Below, piece after piece: positions 17,223 through 27,275 of a stretch of DNA of 32,000 nucleotides. Where the stretch lies: positions 60,001 through 92,000 of the forward strand of contig JAUVVC010000003.1 in NCBI GenBank assembly GCA_030604855.1. The letters run 5' to 3'. Within the stretch, counting starts at the first letter, position 1; every line of letters begins with the position of its first letter. A program made the position numbers and the translations under genes. This DNA is from Erysipelotrichaceae bacterium. Lineage in GTDB: Bacteria; Bacillota_I; Bacilli_A; Erysipelotrichales; Erysipelotrichaceae. The notes below the pieces were generated by a model. The model had not been told where the DNA came from, searched no databases, and was given only the letters and a program-made list of their open reading frames with translations.

Positions 17223-17498
17223 AAGAAAATGCTTATAGGGAGTTTTCAATCTGATGTCTTGTTGAATGCTTTAAATTGATTCGATAAAAGATTCATAGAT
17301 TTGGGGGATTATGGTGAGATTAACTTGGTAATTTTTGACTTATTTTGTGCATTATGGATTATCGATGTAAATGGTCCTCTTGTTTAAGGTTGTGACCTGG
17401 CAATTGAGAAATACTGCGCTTTGAGTGATTGATTACTCAGTAACCATCTAGCTTCACAAATATAAGTAAGTGATACACTAGAAAAAAAAGAGGGAAAA

Positions 17499-18746
17499 AT
17501 GAAAAAAAATAAAGACACTGACCTAATCATCAAAGAGCTGAAAGGGGGAGGATATAGCTTTCGATTCTACATGAAAAACTTATTAACCGGAGAACCTGAA
17601 CAAATAACAAGGCAAAACAGAAAGTGGACACGTGAAGAAGCGGAAAATGAATACTATAAGATTAAGCTCCAAGGGTCAAGCTACTTTACATTTAAAAATG
17701 CTAAAGTTATACCATATTATGATGAACAGCCTAAACCGAACTTCGGAACTTTATATTTTTACTATATAAGAGACAGAATCATACACGCCAAACCATCAAC
17801 AGTTAATGAAGCGCGGACACAATACAAAGCTTTCATAAAGCCCTTTTTCGATTATGAAAAGACTGATGAGTTGACCCAGAAGAAACTCAACACCTGGAGG
17901 TCCTTCGTTATTAACCATACTAGGAAAACCCCCCCATATAGAACAATTTCACCGATAACCAAGAATCACATTATAACAATATTCAATAATTTAATAAGAT
18001 TTGCGCATGAGTTCGACAAGAATCCACCTTATGATTATCTCAGATTCAACATACCACAGGGTATAAGTGTAGAAAGAGTAGAGATATCAAGTAAAGATAA
18101 ATCAAAAAGGAGAACATACTGGAAGCGTAAAGATTGGGATAAGTTTCTCGAAATGATTCCCGAAACAAATATTCAAGATAGAGCCATATTCTATACGCTT
18201 CTTTTTACATCGATGCGAGTAGGAGAATTAAGGTTCATTAAAGCGCACAGCATTGACATAGAAGACGGAAGAATCGAAATAGAGGGGAACATTGGCAGAC
18301 AATCGTTAGAAATTGACGGGGCATCATGGATTGAAACGACGACAAAAACGGGTGATGGACGGCATGTATATTTAGACGAATCTATCATGAAACATCTGGA
18401 AGCCTGGATTAAAGAATGCAGAAAGAGAGAAAAATACAACCCATATGAAGATTATTTGTTCAGCGTAAACAATGGGAGAACACCCATAAGCATCAACACA
18501 ATTAGAAAAAGATTCAATGAATATAAAAGAGCAATGAAAATAAAATACCCGGATATGGACGGAAGCGTTATCCTACATGGGTTGCGGCATAGTTCGATTA
18601 CATACTTCGCAAGAGAAGTTGACGTTCAAGAAGCTATGCTTATCGCGGGACATAAATCGGCTGCTACAACGGCACTTTACACGCACGGAAATATGAAAAA
18701 ATCGACAGCCAAGAAAGTGGCATTAGGGGAATTAAAGGATAAGTAA
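17499..18746 (+). CDS. Tyrosine site-specific recombinase/integrase (415 aa)
   Basis: C-terminal catalytic motifs MRVGEL (Arg), HGLRHS (H-x-x-R), GHKS and LYTH (Tyr). All 6 Trp codons are TGG. Confidence 0.9.
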   Translation: MKKNKDTDLIIKELKGGGYSFRFYMKNLLTGEPEQITRQNRKWTREEAENEYYKIKLQGSSYFTFKNAKVIPYYDEQPKPNFGTLYFYYIRDRIIHAKPSTVNEARTQYKAFIKPFFDYEKTDELTQKKLNTWRSFVINHTRKTPPYRTISPITKNHIITIFNNLIRFAHEFDKNPPYDYLRFNIPQGISVERVEISSKDKSKRRTYWKRKDWDKFLEMIPETNIQDRAIFYTLLFTSMRVGELRFIKAHSIDIEDGRIEIEGNIGRQSLEIDGASWIETTTKTGDGRHVYLDESIMKHLEAWIKECRKREKYNPYEDYLFSVNNGRTPISINTIRKRFNEYKRAMKIKYPDMDGSVILHGLRHSSITYFAREVDVQEAMLIAGHKSAATTALYTHGNMKKSTAKKVALGELKDK

Positions 18747-18787
18747 AAATAATATGTTTTACTTATAATTCATCAATGTTTAAGGTC

Positions 18788-18824
18788 AATACATTACAAA
18801 TGATATATATATTTGTAATGTATT
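18788..18824. repeat. Perfect 14-bp inverted repeat AATACATTACAAAT-gatatatat-ATTTGTAATGTATT just downstream of the integrase gene
   Basis: Read directly. It lies in the interval that must contain the element-chromosome junction. Confidence 0.85.
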
Positions 18825-18877
18825 TATGCAATATTAACCTATAGTGCATACCCTGTAGTCGGCACCATTTGCACACG

Positions 18878-18902
18878 AAGCCTTATAAACAAAGGCTTTT
18901 TT
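18878..18902 (+). terminator. Intrinsic terminator
   Basis: AAGCCTT-ataaaca-AAGGCTT followed by TTTTT. Confidence 0.65.
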
Positions 18903-18954
18903 GTTGGTCGCAATAACTTAACACATCAAATTGTTTTATTTGTTCAACAACAGA

Positions 18955-20766
18955 TTATCGAGTTATTATTCCTGCTCCAAATTTAAATTGATGTTTTACT
19001 AAATCATAACTCTCCATATTCAACGTATGACTGGCTTGTTCATTCGTGATTGGCCAAGTGAAGGGTAGCGTACCTTGAAATGGTTTATCTCCAAATAACA
19101 CATCTGTCATGCCATTGCCTTCCGTTCCAGGTAACCATGCCATGACAAAGGCATCCCATCCATCTAGGAAATCGTTTATAAGTAGCGGACGACCTGCAAT
19201 CATGACTGTTACGATGGGTTTGCCTAAAGTCTGTGCATGTTTTACAGCTTTCATGTTGTCCGCTAATGACAAAGGACCATCAAGTGATAAGTCATCTGTA
19301 TCCCCATGCATTTCTGCATAAGGTTTTTCACCAATGGCTAAGATGATCACATCCGCATCTTCTGGATTGCTTACTAATTCTCCGCCATTAATAGTTAATA
19401 CTTCATTAAGTGCATCTTTTAGACTGATGCCATGATTGAGATTAGGATCTGTTTCACCTTGCCAACTCAATGTCCATCCACCACATTGAACGCCAACATG
19501 ATCACTTGCCGGGCCAGTTAAATAAACTTTGATATTCTTTTTCAAAGGAAGAATGTCTTCATTTTTGAGTAATACCATAGATTTTGCGACAGCTTCTCGA
19601 GCAACCCGCTTAGATTCCGCCGTACCAATTTCACCTGCCACTCTTAGCAATTCACCATCAAAAAGACCTGCCTCGAATTTCAATACGAGATTTCTACGTA
19701 CTGCTTCATCCAGTCTTTCTTGAGATATTTTGCCATGATTCACATTGTACAGGATCGACTTATATACTTCTTTCCAATCATTAGGTTGCATAAGCAGATC
19801 AACACCCGAGTTGATCGCTAAAGCAACTTGCTCATTGAGGCTTGGCGCAATCGCATGAATCGCTTCCCAGTCGGAGACAACCAATCCATCAAATTGGAGC
19901 TCAGTTCTTAGCAAATCGGTGAGTAAGGAAGGGTCACCATGCACCTTAACACCATTGACGCTGTTGAAAGAGGCCATAATCGCGCTCGTGTTCGCATCAA
20001 TAGCTGCAACATAAGCGCTTAAATTACCTGCCAACATCGCTTCTTTGCTCATGGTCACATCACCACGATCAATTAGGTTATTATCTTCCCCAGTTAGAAA
20101 GGTAGTAAATCCATCCCCAATAAAGTGCTTGGTGGTTGATAGGATGCCTTCTGACAATAGACCTTCAATATAAGGAGCTGCCAACGTTGCGACTCTTTGA
20201 ATGTCTTCTGAGTAACTCTCATAGGTTCTACCCCAACGAATATCCTGTGCTGAGGATACAGCCGGCGCAAAATTCCAGTCGACGCCAATGGCGGATACTT
20301 CTTTAGCGGTAGCGACACCAATAGCTCTCATCAAATCAGGATCATTGGCGGCACCAAGTCCGATGTTGTGAGGGAAAATCGTCGCATTCTTGACATTGTT
20401 ATTACCATGAACGGCATCAATACCATAAATGATGGGAATCCCTGAGGAAGATTTAAGTGCAGCCACATTCATTTGATTGATCATACTTACCCAAGCTTCA
20501 GGTGTATTACCTTGTGGAACACTTCCACCACCACTCAAAATGGAGCCAATGTTATAACGTGTTATGTCAGAATAACTTATTTTAGATCTTTCAGCTTGAA
20601 TCAACTGACCTGCTTTCTCTTCCAGTGTCATGGCTTGAATGGCTTGATCAATATCGGATAAAGACTGAATACGTATCTTTCCTCGGCCATTGTCTGATGT
20701 GCATGCGCTTAAAACCAAGACCAAGATAATAAACGTGAATAATCCTTTAGATTTTATGAATTGCAT
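18955..20766 (-). CDS. Glycoside hydrolase family 3 lipoprotein (beta-glucosidase / exo-beta-glucanase type), 603 aa
   Basis: Lipobox LVLSAC after a signal peptide. GH3 motifs GIDAVHGNNNV, KHFIGDG and VVSDWEAI. Confidence 0.9.
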   Translation of the reverse strand: MQFIKSKGLFTFIILVLVLSACTSDNGRGKIRIQSLSDIDQAIQAMTLEEKAGQLIQAERSKISYSDITRYNIGSILSGGGSVPQGNTPEAWVSMINQMNVAALKSSSGIPIIYGIDAVHGNNNVKNATIFPHNIGLGAANDPDLMRAIGVATAKEVSAIGVDWNFAPAVSSAQDIRWGRTYESYSEDIQRVATLAAPYIEGLLSEGILSTTKHFIGDGFTTFLTGEDNNLIDRGDVTMSKEAMLAGNLSAYVAAIDANTSAIMASFNSVNGVKVHGDPSLLTDLLRTELQFDGLVVSDWEAIHAIAPSLNEQVALAINSGVDLLMQPNDWKEVYKSILYNVNHGKISQERLDEAVRRNLVLKFEAGLFDGELLRVAGEIGTAESKRVAREAVAKSMVLLKNEDILPLKKNIKVYLTGPASDHVGVQCGGWTLSWQGETDPNLNHGISLKDALNEVLTINGGELVSNPEDADVIILAIGEKPYAEMHGDTDDLSLDGPLSLADNMKAVKHAQTLGKPIVTVMIAGRPLLINDFLDGWDAFVMAWLPGTEGNGMTDVLFGDKPFQGTLPFTWPITNEQASHTLNMESYDLVKHQFKFGAGIITR

Positions 20767-20905
20767 AATTACCTTTCTATCGATGTGATGTATTTATCTT
20801 CTGGCAATGATGATCTCATTATTTGTTTCGAGCTTTGTATATTACATAAAATTCAAACAAGTCGTTTGTTTGTTGAGATGTTCTTCGTTCTTGTCAAGAA
20901 AGTTC

Positions 20906-21628
20906 TTATTCTTTTGTGTCCATGTTCGCAAATAGACTGGATACACTCAATCCTGTGTGCATCGCTTGGGTTAGCTTAATGAGGGCTTCTTTGTTTAAGA
21001 TGGTATAACCGCTACTTGATTTCCCGAGATAACCCTTCTTTACAAAATCCGCAAGCACATAAAGAAGATGTCGATATGTCACACCGAGGTATTCCGCTGC
21101 ATTGCCATGCATTTCGCGATAGTGCCCATTAGGGGCTGCCAATAAGATAAAGGACGCTAATCGATTGGGCAATGGATATGTTTTTGTCTCCGCAAGAGAA
21201 GCGACATTACGCATGTTCTTATTCCCGAGATAAGTGGATAGTGTTCGTAAAAAACGTGCATCACTCAAGAGTTGCTCACGACAACCGTCTAGCGAGAGTG
21301 CCAAGCACACGCAAGGAACCAAAGCTTGAACCGATCGCGAATGTGTATGTACAGCCAATAGCTCCATTTCGCCAATGAAACAGGGGGCATTGAAGAAATC
21401 AATCAGAGTTCGTTTGCCATTCGGCAAAGTGATAAAGAGTTTAGCTTGACCTGACACCAAATAGAAAAGATACTCAGGAACTTCACCTTCTTTTGTGATC
21501 TCATCATCGGCGTCAAAGTGGATGAGTTTGACATAAGCTTCTGCATCAAAGGTAAAAATATCGAGAAAATTAGACTTACTCAACGCATTCTGAACTTCTG
21601 GATGATTATGAAGGATTCGCATGGTCAC
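20906..21628 (-). CDS. Crp/Fnr-family transcriptional regulator
   Basis: N-terminal cNMP-binding fold (FIGEMELL) and C-terminal HTH (AAEYLGVTYRHLLYVLADFVKKGYL). The start may be ATG 21622. Confidence 0.85.
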   Translation of the reverse strand: MTMRILHNHPEVQNALSKSNFLDIFTFDAEAYVKLIHFDADDEITKEGEVPEYLFYLVSGQAKLFITLPNGKRTLIDFFNAPCFIGEMELLAVHTHSRSVQALVPCVCLALSLDGCREQLLSDARFLRTLSTYLGNKNMRNVASLAETKTYPLPNRLASFILLAAPNGHYREMHGNAAEYLGVTYRHLLYVLADFVKKGYLGKSSSGYTILNKEALIKLTQAMHTGLSVSSLFANMDTKE

Positions 21629-21713
21629 CTCGTGTGAGATATCTCATATACAGTATAGAACGGAAACACTATAATGCAAAGTATAGAATCGTTAAATCAA
21701 GGAAAGGATTTAA

Positions 21714-22646
21714 ATGGAAAAACGTAAAATAATATTGGATTGTGATCCAGGGCATGATGATGCCATTGCGATGTTGATGGCCGCAAAACATCCGTCAATC
21801 GACTTGTTGGGCATCACGATCGTAGCGGGGAATCAAACCTTGGAAAAGACCTTGGTCAATGGATTGAATGTATGTCAGCACGTAGGAATTGATGTGCCCG
21901 TGTATTCTGGAATGACCTTGCCAATGGTACGCAAACAAGTTGTGGCTGAGAATATCCACGGCGAAACAGGCTTGGATGGACCGGTTTTTGGTCCTCTGCA
22001 TAAGCAAGCAGAACCAATCCATGCGGTCAACTATATCATTGAGACCTTGATGGCATCAGAAGGGGATATTACTTTGGTACCCGTTGGACCCTTATCTAAC
22101 ATAGGCATGGCGATGCGCATGGAACCGCGCATCATCCCTAAGATTCAAGAGATTGTTTTAATGGGTGGAGCGTATGGTTTAGGCAATATGTCGCCTGCCG
22201 CAGAGTTCAACTTCTTAGCCGATCCAGAAGCTGCGCATGTTGTATTCACATCAGGTGTTCCAATTGTGATGATGGGCTTGGATTTGACCAATCAAACCGC
22301 CTGCACCATGGATGTGATTGAACGGATGGAAGCGGTTGGGAATAAAGCGGGTAAGATGTTTGGGGATATCATGCGCTTTACCTACAAAACACAGAATGAA
22401 GCCTATGGACTTGCGGGAGGTCCGGTTCATGATGCGACTTGCGTTGGTTATTTGATTGATCCAAGTGCTTTCACACTAAAAGAAATGTATACGGAAATTG
22501 ATATCAGTGGGGGACCAAGTTATGGGCGTTCTGTTTGTGACTATTTCGGAAGCAGTAAGAAGCCAGCGAATGCTAAGGTTGGCATCACTTTAGATAATGA
22601 TCGTTTCTGGGATATGGTTGAAGCTTGTCTCCGGATGTATCCATAG
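21714..22646 (+). CDS. Inosine-uridine-preferring nucleoside hydrolase family protein
   Basis: N-terminal [12 protein letters not shown] signature of the IUNH family. 310 aa. Confidence 0.9.
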   Translation: MEKRKIILDCDPGHDDAIAMLMAAKHPSIDLLGITIVAGNQTLEKTLVNGLNVCQHVGIDVPVYSGMTLPMVRKQVVAENIHGETGLDGPVFGPLHKQAEPIHAVNYIIETLMASEGDITLVPVGPLSNIGMAMRMEPRIIPKIQEIVLMGGAYGLGNMSPAAEFNFLADPEAAHVVFTSGVPIVMMGLDLTNQTACTMDVIERMEAVGNKAGKMFGDIMRFTYKTQNEAYGLAGGPVHDATCVGYLIDPSAFTLKEMYTEIDISGGPSYGRSVCDYFGSSKKPANAKVGITLDNDRFWDMVEACLRMYP

Positions 22647-22660
22647 CTAAATCCTGTGAA

Positions 22661-22688
22661 AGACACGTTGATAGTGCGTGTCTTTTTA
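22661..22688 (+). terminator. Intrinsic terminator
   Basis: AGACACG-ttgatagtg-CGTGTCT followed by TTTT. Confidence 0.75.
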
Positions 22689-22786
22689 ATCGTTGGATGT
22701 ATACGCACAGTCATTGGTTCGCTATAATTGCTAGAGAACCAAACATTGATTTTGTGAGAACATTCTTACAGAAAGGGAACACATCA

Positions 22787-23923
22787 ATGAATCTATCCAA
22801 GCAATTTGCCATGCAGATGGTAGAAGAACTCAGTGCAATCATTTCACAACACATCAATCTCATCGATCGTGAAGGAACCATCATCGCCTCCACAGACAAA
22901 GAACGGATGGGAAGTTGTCACTTAGGCGCGAAAAGACTCATTAGTGAAGGTTTACCAATCCTAATCATCGACTCCGATGAAGAATACGGGGGATCTCGTA
23001 AGGGCGTGAATCTACCCATTACGGTTGAGAATGAGATTGTCGGTGTCATCGGCATAACCGGTGATCGTCATCGTGTCGAAAAATATGGAGAAATCATTCG
23101 TAAGTTCACCGAGATGTATATCCGGGATGAGAATCTCAAGCAACAACGTTCCCAACAAGAGAAGATGGTAAGTCGTTTTCTTGAGAATTGGTTCATCAAT
23201 CCCAATACGGTATTTGAAGCCAACTTTCAGGAAACAGCTTTGTCACTTGGCATTGATTTGTCAATCAAACGACGCATTGTCATTGCAAGCTTTATTTCAA
23301 GAGAGACAACGGACATCAAAAGTGACCAAAATCGTTTGGATAGCGCAACCCAATTTCTACGAAAATCGTTGTGCAAACATCCGGGTAGTTATTACTTACG
23401 CATTGGGACAAAGCTTGTCTTCTTTATTTTGGATACACCCGATGATCGATTGAAGGAGAAGTGCAATAAGCTTATAAAGAGCATTCATAATGATTATCAT
23501 TGGGATATTTGCATTGGTTTTGATGGGGGTTCTTTGCACTACAAGCAGATTCATCTAGCGTTCATACAAGCTCAGAAAGCCCTCAACTCTGCTATGACAA
23601 TTCAACGCCAAGCGCTCATGAGCTATAACGATTTGCACCTAGAGTTGTTTCTCAACGAGATACCCCTGGGTGTACGCCAAGAATTCATTGATAAGATCTT
23701 CAAAGGATTGAATAAAGATGAAGCTTTAGAGGCCATGCGTATTCTTGATATCTATTATGCAAATAATGGATCGATTGAGAAGACGGCGAATCTACTTTAT
23801 ATCCATAAAAATACCTTGCAATACAAGTTGAATCGACTTCATGAACTGACGGGGCATAATCCACGTCATACACAGAGTATGCCTTTGTACTATTTAGCCA
23901 TGTTTTTCATGAAGAATTTATAA
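22787..23923 (+). CDS. cdaR: CdaR/PucR-family sugar-diacid regulator (378 aa)
   Basis: N-terminal diacid-recognition-type domain beginning MNLSKQFAMQMVEEL, and C-terminal PucR HTH (IEKTANLLYIHKNTLQYKLNRL). The track start 22625 runs through the upstream terminator. Confidence 0.85.
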   Translation: MNLSKQFAMQMVEELSAIISQHINLIDREGTIIASTDKERMGSCHLGAKRLISEGLPILIIDSDEEYGGSRKGVNLPITVENEIVGVIGITGDRHRVEKYGEIIRKFTEMYIRDENLKQQRSQQEKMVSRFLENWFINPNTVFEANFQETALSLGIDLSIKRRIVIASFISRETTDIKSDQNRLDSATQFLRKSLCKHPGSYYLRIGTKLVFFILDTPDDRLKEKCNKLIKSIHNDYHWDICIGFDGGSLHYKQIHLAFIQAQKALNSAMTIQRQALMSYNDLHLELFLNEIPLGVRQEFIDKIFKGLNKDEALEAMRILDIYYANNGSIEKTANLLYIHKNTLQYKLNRLHELTGHNPRHTQSMPLYYLAMFFMKNL

Positions 23924-24066
23924 AGTGCATAAGATTGAGTTATGGATGCGTCATACATACCAAAATAAAACGCTTACAAATGGCATCCATAACATTACAG
24001 AAATATCCTTAATTCGCTATAATTTAAAAAAGTGAACATTTTCACATTTAAGAGGAGGAATTAAGT

Positions 24067-25479
24067 ATGACTGGTATACCCTTGATTATTACCTTCGTCA
24101 TTGCGGTCGTTATCATGATTCTCGCAATTTCGAAATTCAAAGTGCATCCGTTTTTGGCGATCATGGGCGTTGCCTTATTATTGGCGATCGTCGTTGGCAT
24201 CCCATTGGTCGATGTGGCGGCGACGGAAACGACACCAGCACGTCAGGGCATTGCTTCCATGATTGGGGCTGGGTTCAGTGGAACCTTTGCCAGCATCGGT
24301 ATCGTCATTATCTTAGGCGCATTGGTGGGAACCTTATTGGAACGCACTGGTGCCGCAATTAAGTTAGCTGACATGGTTGTTAATCTTGTTGGTAAGAAGA
24401 ACCCGGAATTAGCCATCATGATCATGGGATGGATCGTATCGATTCCAGTGTTCTGTGATAGTGGTTTCGTTATTTTGGATCCGATTCGTAAAGCTTTGCG
24501 TAGACGTACACAAGCATCCAGTGTTGCGATGACTGTTGCGTTGTCCGCTGGTTTGTATGCATCACATGTATTGATCCCGCCAACACCAGGACCCATCGCT
24601 GCGGCAGGTTCTCTTGGTTTGGCAGATAATTTGTTATTGGTCATCGGTATGGGTGCTTTGATTTCGATTCCTGCATTGTTTGCGGCTTATCTCTATGCGA
24701 AGTATATTGGCAAACGCATTCAGACTCCAGAGGATGATGAAGATTCAACGTTGGTATCCAAGACGTATGAACAATTGGTTGCGGAATATGGAAAGCTACC
24801 AAACGGCTTCAATGCCCTGGCTCCAATCGTGATGCCGATTCTATTGATGGCGTTGAGTTCAGTTGTTGTGGCGTTGAAGATGTCTGGAGACTTTATAACC
24901 ATTATAAAATTCTTAGGGAATCCAGTCATCGCATTGACGGTTGGCTTGTTGTTTGGTGTTGTATTATTATTCGCATCGGGTAAGATCGGTGAATTCAATG
25001 AAATGACCAACGATACTTTGAAAGTTGTTGGACCGATTCTATTTGTTACAGCAGCTGGTGGTGTCTTGGGTCGTGTCATTGCTTCAGCAGGTTTTGTCGA
25101 TTACATTCGTGCGAATGCGTCTTCATTGGCAACGATTGGAATCTTCTTCCCATTCATCATCTCCGCAATTCTAAAAACAGCACAAGGTTCTTCTACGGTT
25201 GCCATTACGACCACAGCGGGTATTTTGGGTAGCTTCGCGGCTGCGGATTCGCTCATGGTCGCATTGGGTCTTAATACACCCATGCTTGCGGCGTTGGCAG
25301 TCATGGCGATTGGTGCGGGCTCGATGACCGTATCCCATGCGAACGATAGTTACTTCTGGGTTGTCACGAATTTTGGTAAAATGAAACCTGAACAAGGTTA
25401 CATGACTCAAACCGCTGTGACCCTCGTTATGGGGATTGCGGCAATGATTGCGATTTTCGCACTCTCGTTATTTCTTTAG
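24067..25479 (+). CDS. GntP-family permease (gluconate/glycerate:H+ symporter type), 470 aa
   Basis: Polytopic membrane protein with typical GntP layout. RBS GAGGAGG. Lies between cdaR and the glycerate kinase gene. Confidence 0.85.
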   Translation: MTGIPLIITFVIAVVIMILAISKFKVHPFLAIMGVALLLAIVVGIPLVDVAATETTPARQGIASMIGAGFSGTFASIGIVIILGALVGTLLERTGAAIKLADMVVNLVGKKNPELAIMIMGWIVSIPVFCDSGFVILDPIRKALRRRTQASSVAMTVALSAGLYASHVLIPPTPGPIAAAGSLGLADNLLLVIGMGALISIPALFAAYLYAKYIGKRIQTPEDDEDSTLVSKTYEQLVAEYGKLPNGFNALAPIVMPILLMALSSVVVALKMSGDFITIIKFLGNPVIALTVGLLFGVVLLFASGKIGEFNEMTNDTLKVVGPILFVTAAGGVLGRVIASAGFVDYIRANASSLATIGIFFPFIISAILKTAQGSSTVAITTTAGILGSFAAADSLMVALGLNTPMLAALAVMAIGAGSMTVSHANDSYFWVVTNFGKMKPEQGYMTQTAVTLVMGIAAMIAIFALSLFL

Positions 25480-25536
25480 ATAAGTGATGCAGGGCTATTC
25501 AAACTAGCCCTGTTTTTAAAAAGATGAGGTGGAAGT

Positions 25537-26667
25537 ATGAAAAAAATCGTTTGTATCCCAGATTCATTTAAGGGAACCTTAAGCTCATCACGTGTTTGTG
25601 ATGTGATGGAAAGCGTCATCCATAAACATATCCCAGACTGTGAAGTCGTAAAGATTCAAGTTGCGGATGGTGGTGAAGGAAGTGTGGATGCATTCTTAGC
25701 TGCTGTTGGTGGTACGAAAGTATTTGTTCAAGTAAGCAATCCTTATTTTGAGCCCATGGAAGCATTCTATGCGATTCTTGAAGGGAATGTGGCGGTAGTG
25801 GAAATGGCTGCGGCAGCGGGTTTACCTTTGGTAAGTGAGCGTGCTGATCCTGAGTTGACCACAACCTATGGTGTTGGAGAATTGATTCTTCATGCGGCTC
25901 AAAGTGGATGTAAGAAGATCATAGTCGGTTTAGGGGGCTCCTGTACGAATGATGGTGGTTGTGGAGCTGCATCCGCTGTTGGGATACGCTTTAAAAACGC
26001 ACAGGGAAATGAATTTATTCCAACAGGTAAATCCTTGGTGGATATTGATTCCATTGATATCTCCAGCATGGATCCAATTCTACAAGACGTGGAAATCATA
26101 ACGATGTGTGATATCGATAATCCTATGTTTGGTGAAAAAGGTGCCGCGTATATCTTCGGACCTCAAAAAGGTGCCTATCCTGAAATGGTGTTGCGCTTAG
26201 ATCGAGGCCTAAGACACTTAGCTAAAAAGATCACTGAAGCATGTGATATCAATGTGAGTGAAATTGCGGGTGGTGGAGCTGCAGGCGCGATGGGTGCTGG
26301 AATGGTTGCTTTCTTCAAGAGTCAGCTGAAAATGGGGATTGAAACGATTCTTGATTTAATTGAATTTGATCAACTTATTCAAGATGCAGATATGATTTTT
26401 ACGGGTGAAGGCAAGATTGATGAGCAATCCTTAAGTGGTAAAGTACCTATTGGTGTAGCACGTCGTGCCAAATGCGCTCAAGTGCCTGTCATTGCGGTGG
26501 TTGGATCGATTGGTCAGGATTTTGAAGAGGCGTATGATCAAGGCATCACAGCTGTTTTCAGTATCAATTCTGAACCTGTGGATTTCGCGATTGCGAAAAC
26601 GCGATCCGAAGCAAACCTCGCACTGATGATGGATAATATCATGCGGGTATTACGCATTCAAAAGTGA
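25537..26667 (+). CDS. glxK: Glycerate kinase
   Basis: N-terminal MKKIVCIPDSFKGTLSS and family-typical length (376 aa). It ends with a genuine TGA stop, followed by a terminator. Confidence 0.9.
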   Translation: MKKIVCIPDSFKGTLSSSRVCDVMESVIHKHIPDCEVVKIQVADGGEGSVDAFLAAVGGTKVFVQVSNPYFEPMEAFYAILEGNVAVVEMAAAAGLPLVSERADPELTTTYGVGELILHAAQSGCKKIIVGLGGSCTNDGGCGAASAVGIRFKNAQGNEFIPTGKSLVDIDSIDISSMDPILQDVEIITMCDIDNPMFGEKGAAYIFGPQKGAYPEMVLRLDRGLRHLAKKITEACDINVSEIAGGGAAGAMGAGMVAFFKSQLKMGIETILDLIEFDQLIQDADMIFTGEGKIDEQSLSGKVPIGVARRAKCAQVPVIAVVGSIGQDFEEAYDQGITAVFSINSEPVDFAIAKTRSEANLALMMDNIMRVLRIQK

Positions 26668-26696
26668 ATTGCTTGAGATTTATCGAATAAGAATTG

Positions 26697-26730
26697 AACT
26701 CAAAGCTTGTCACAAAGCTTTGAGTTTTTA
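26697..26730 (+). terminator. Intrinsic terminator
   Basis: AACTCAAAGCTT-gtcac-AAAGCTTTGAGTT followed by TTT. Confidence 0.85.
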
Positions 26731-26826
26731 ATTAGGTTTTGTTATTGAGTTATGATTCAGTCGACAAAGTTTATCTAATTCTCTTCGTGCTATACTCAAA
26801 GTGAGAATGAATAGGAGGAATACTGG

Positions 26827-27237
26827 ATGAAGCTCATTGATCAACTTAAAGAAAAGAAATATACCATCGCATTTTCTGAGCATAACATGTTAGAGAAAAT
26901 TAAGAAATTTGGGAAGAAAGCTGGAATAAAGGTAATCTATCTCGTTTTATTGTTGTTTTACACTCTTCAGAAGACGACGACTCCTAAGTTTGCGAAGTCC
27001 TTGATTATTGGTGGACTTGGGTATTTTATTTTACCTGCTGATTTCCTTCCCGACCTAATACCTGGGATTGGTTTTACGGATGATCTGACAGCTTTGATTT
27101 CTGTAGTGGTGGCGGTTGCTTTATTTATTGACGAAGGTGTAAAGGCTAAAGCCAAAGAGCGATTGCATGTATGGTTTGGGGACTACGATGAAGAAGAATT
27201 GGTTGGTATTGATAATAAGATTGATAAAGAAGTGTAA
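26827..27237 (+). CDS. DUF1232 (YkvA-like) membrane protein
   Basis: Motif ILPADFLPDLIPGIGFTDDL. Confidence 0.8.
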   Translation: MKLIDQLKEKKYTIAFSEHNMLEKIKKFGKKAGIKVIYLVLLLFYTLQKTTTPKFAKSLIIGGLGYFILPADFLPDLIPGIGFTDDLTALISVVVAVALFIDEGVKAKAKERLHVWFGDYDEEELVGIDNKIDKEV

Positions 27238-27251
27238 TATAAATTTACTTA

Positions 27252-27275
27252 AGCCCTCGTATTGAGGGTTTTTAT
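27252..27275 (+). terminator. Intrinsic terminator
   Basis: AGCCCTC-gtatt-GAGGGTT followed by TTT. Confidence 0.75.

Larger units (their letters stand above)
1..18900. mobile_element. Integrated plasmid-/ICE-like mobile element with sense-TGA (code-4-like) genes; left end beyond window, right boundary only bracketed to 18747-18954
   Basis: A tyrosine recombinase lies at the right edge next to chromosomal genes. The element also has a parA plus double-RHH partition pair, a type III TA locus, a MobC-like RHH protein and a VirB6-like membrane protein. Its codon usage is distinct: 21 sense TGA and no TGA stops. Confidence 0.7.

Noticed and set aside
15519-17498. Suppressor tRNA, group II intron or tmRNA in the non-coding regions
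   Set aside because: I found no GGTTCGAATCC-type T-arm or cloverleaf on either strand, no GUGYG 5' end or domain-V-like hairpin, and no RT ORF. A by-eye search is weak, so tRNAscan-SE or Infernal should still be run.
20761-20979. 72-aa plus-strand ORF between the GH3 and Crp genes
   Set aside because: It overlaps the ends of two well-supported minus-strand genes, has no RBS, and gives a hydrophobic low-complexity translation.
22625-22786. Upstream extension of the CdaR-like gene overlapping the nucleoside hydrolase gene
   Set aside because: The extension runs through the rih terminator (22661-22688). The conserved family N-terminus starts at ATG 22787, which has its own RBS.
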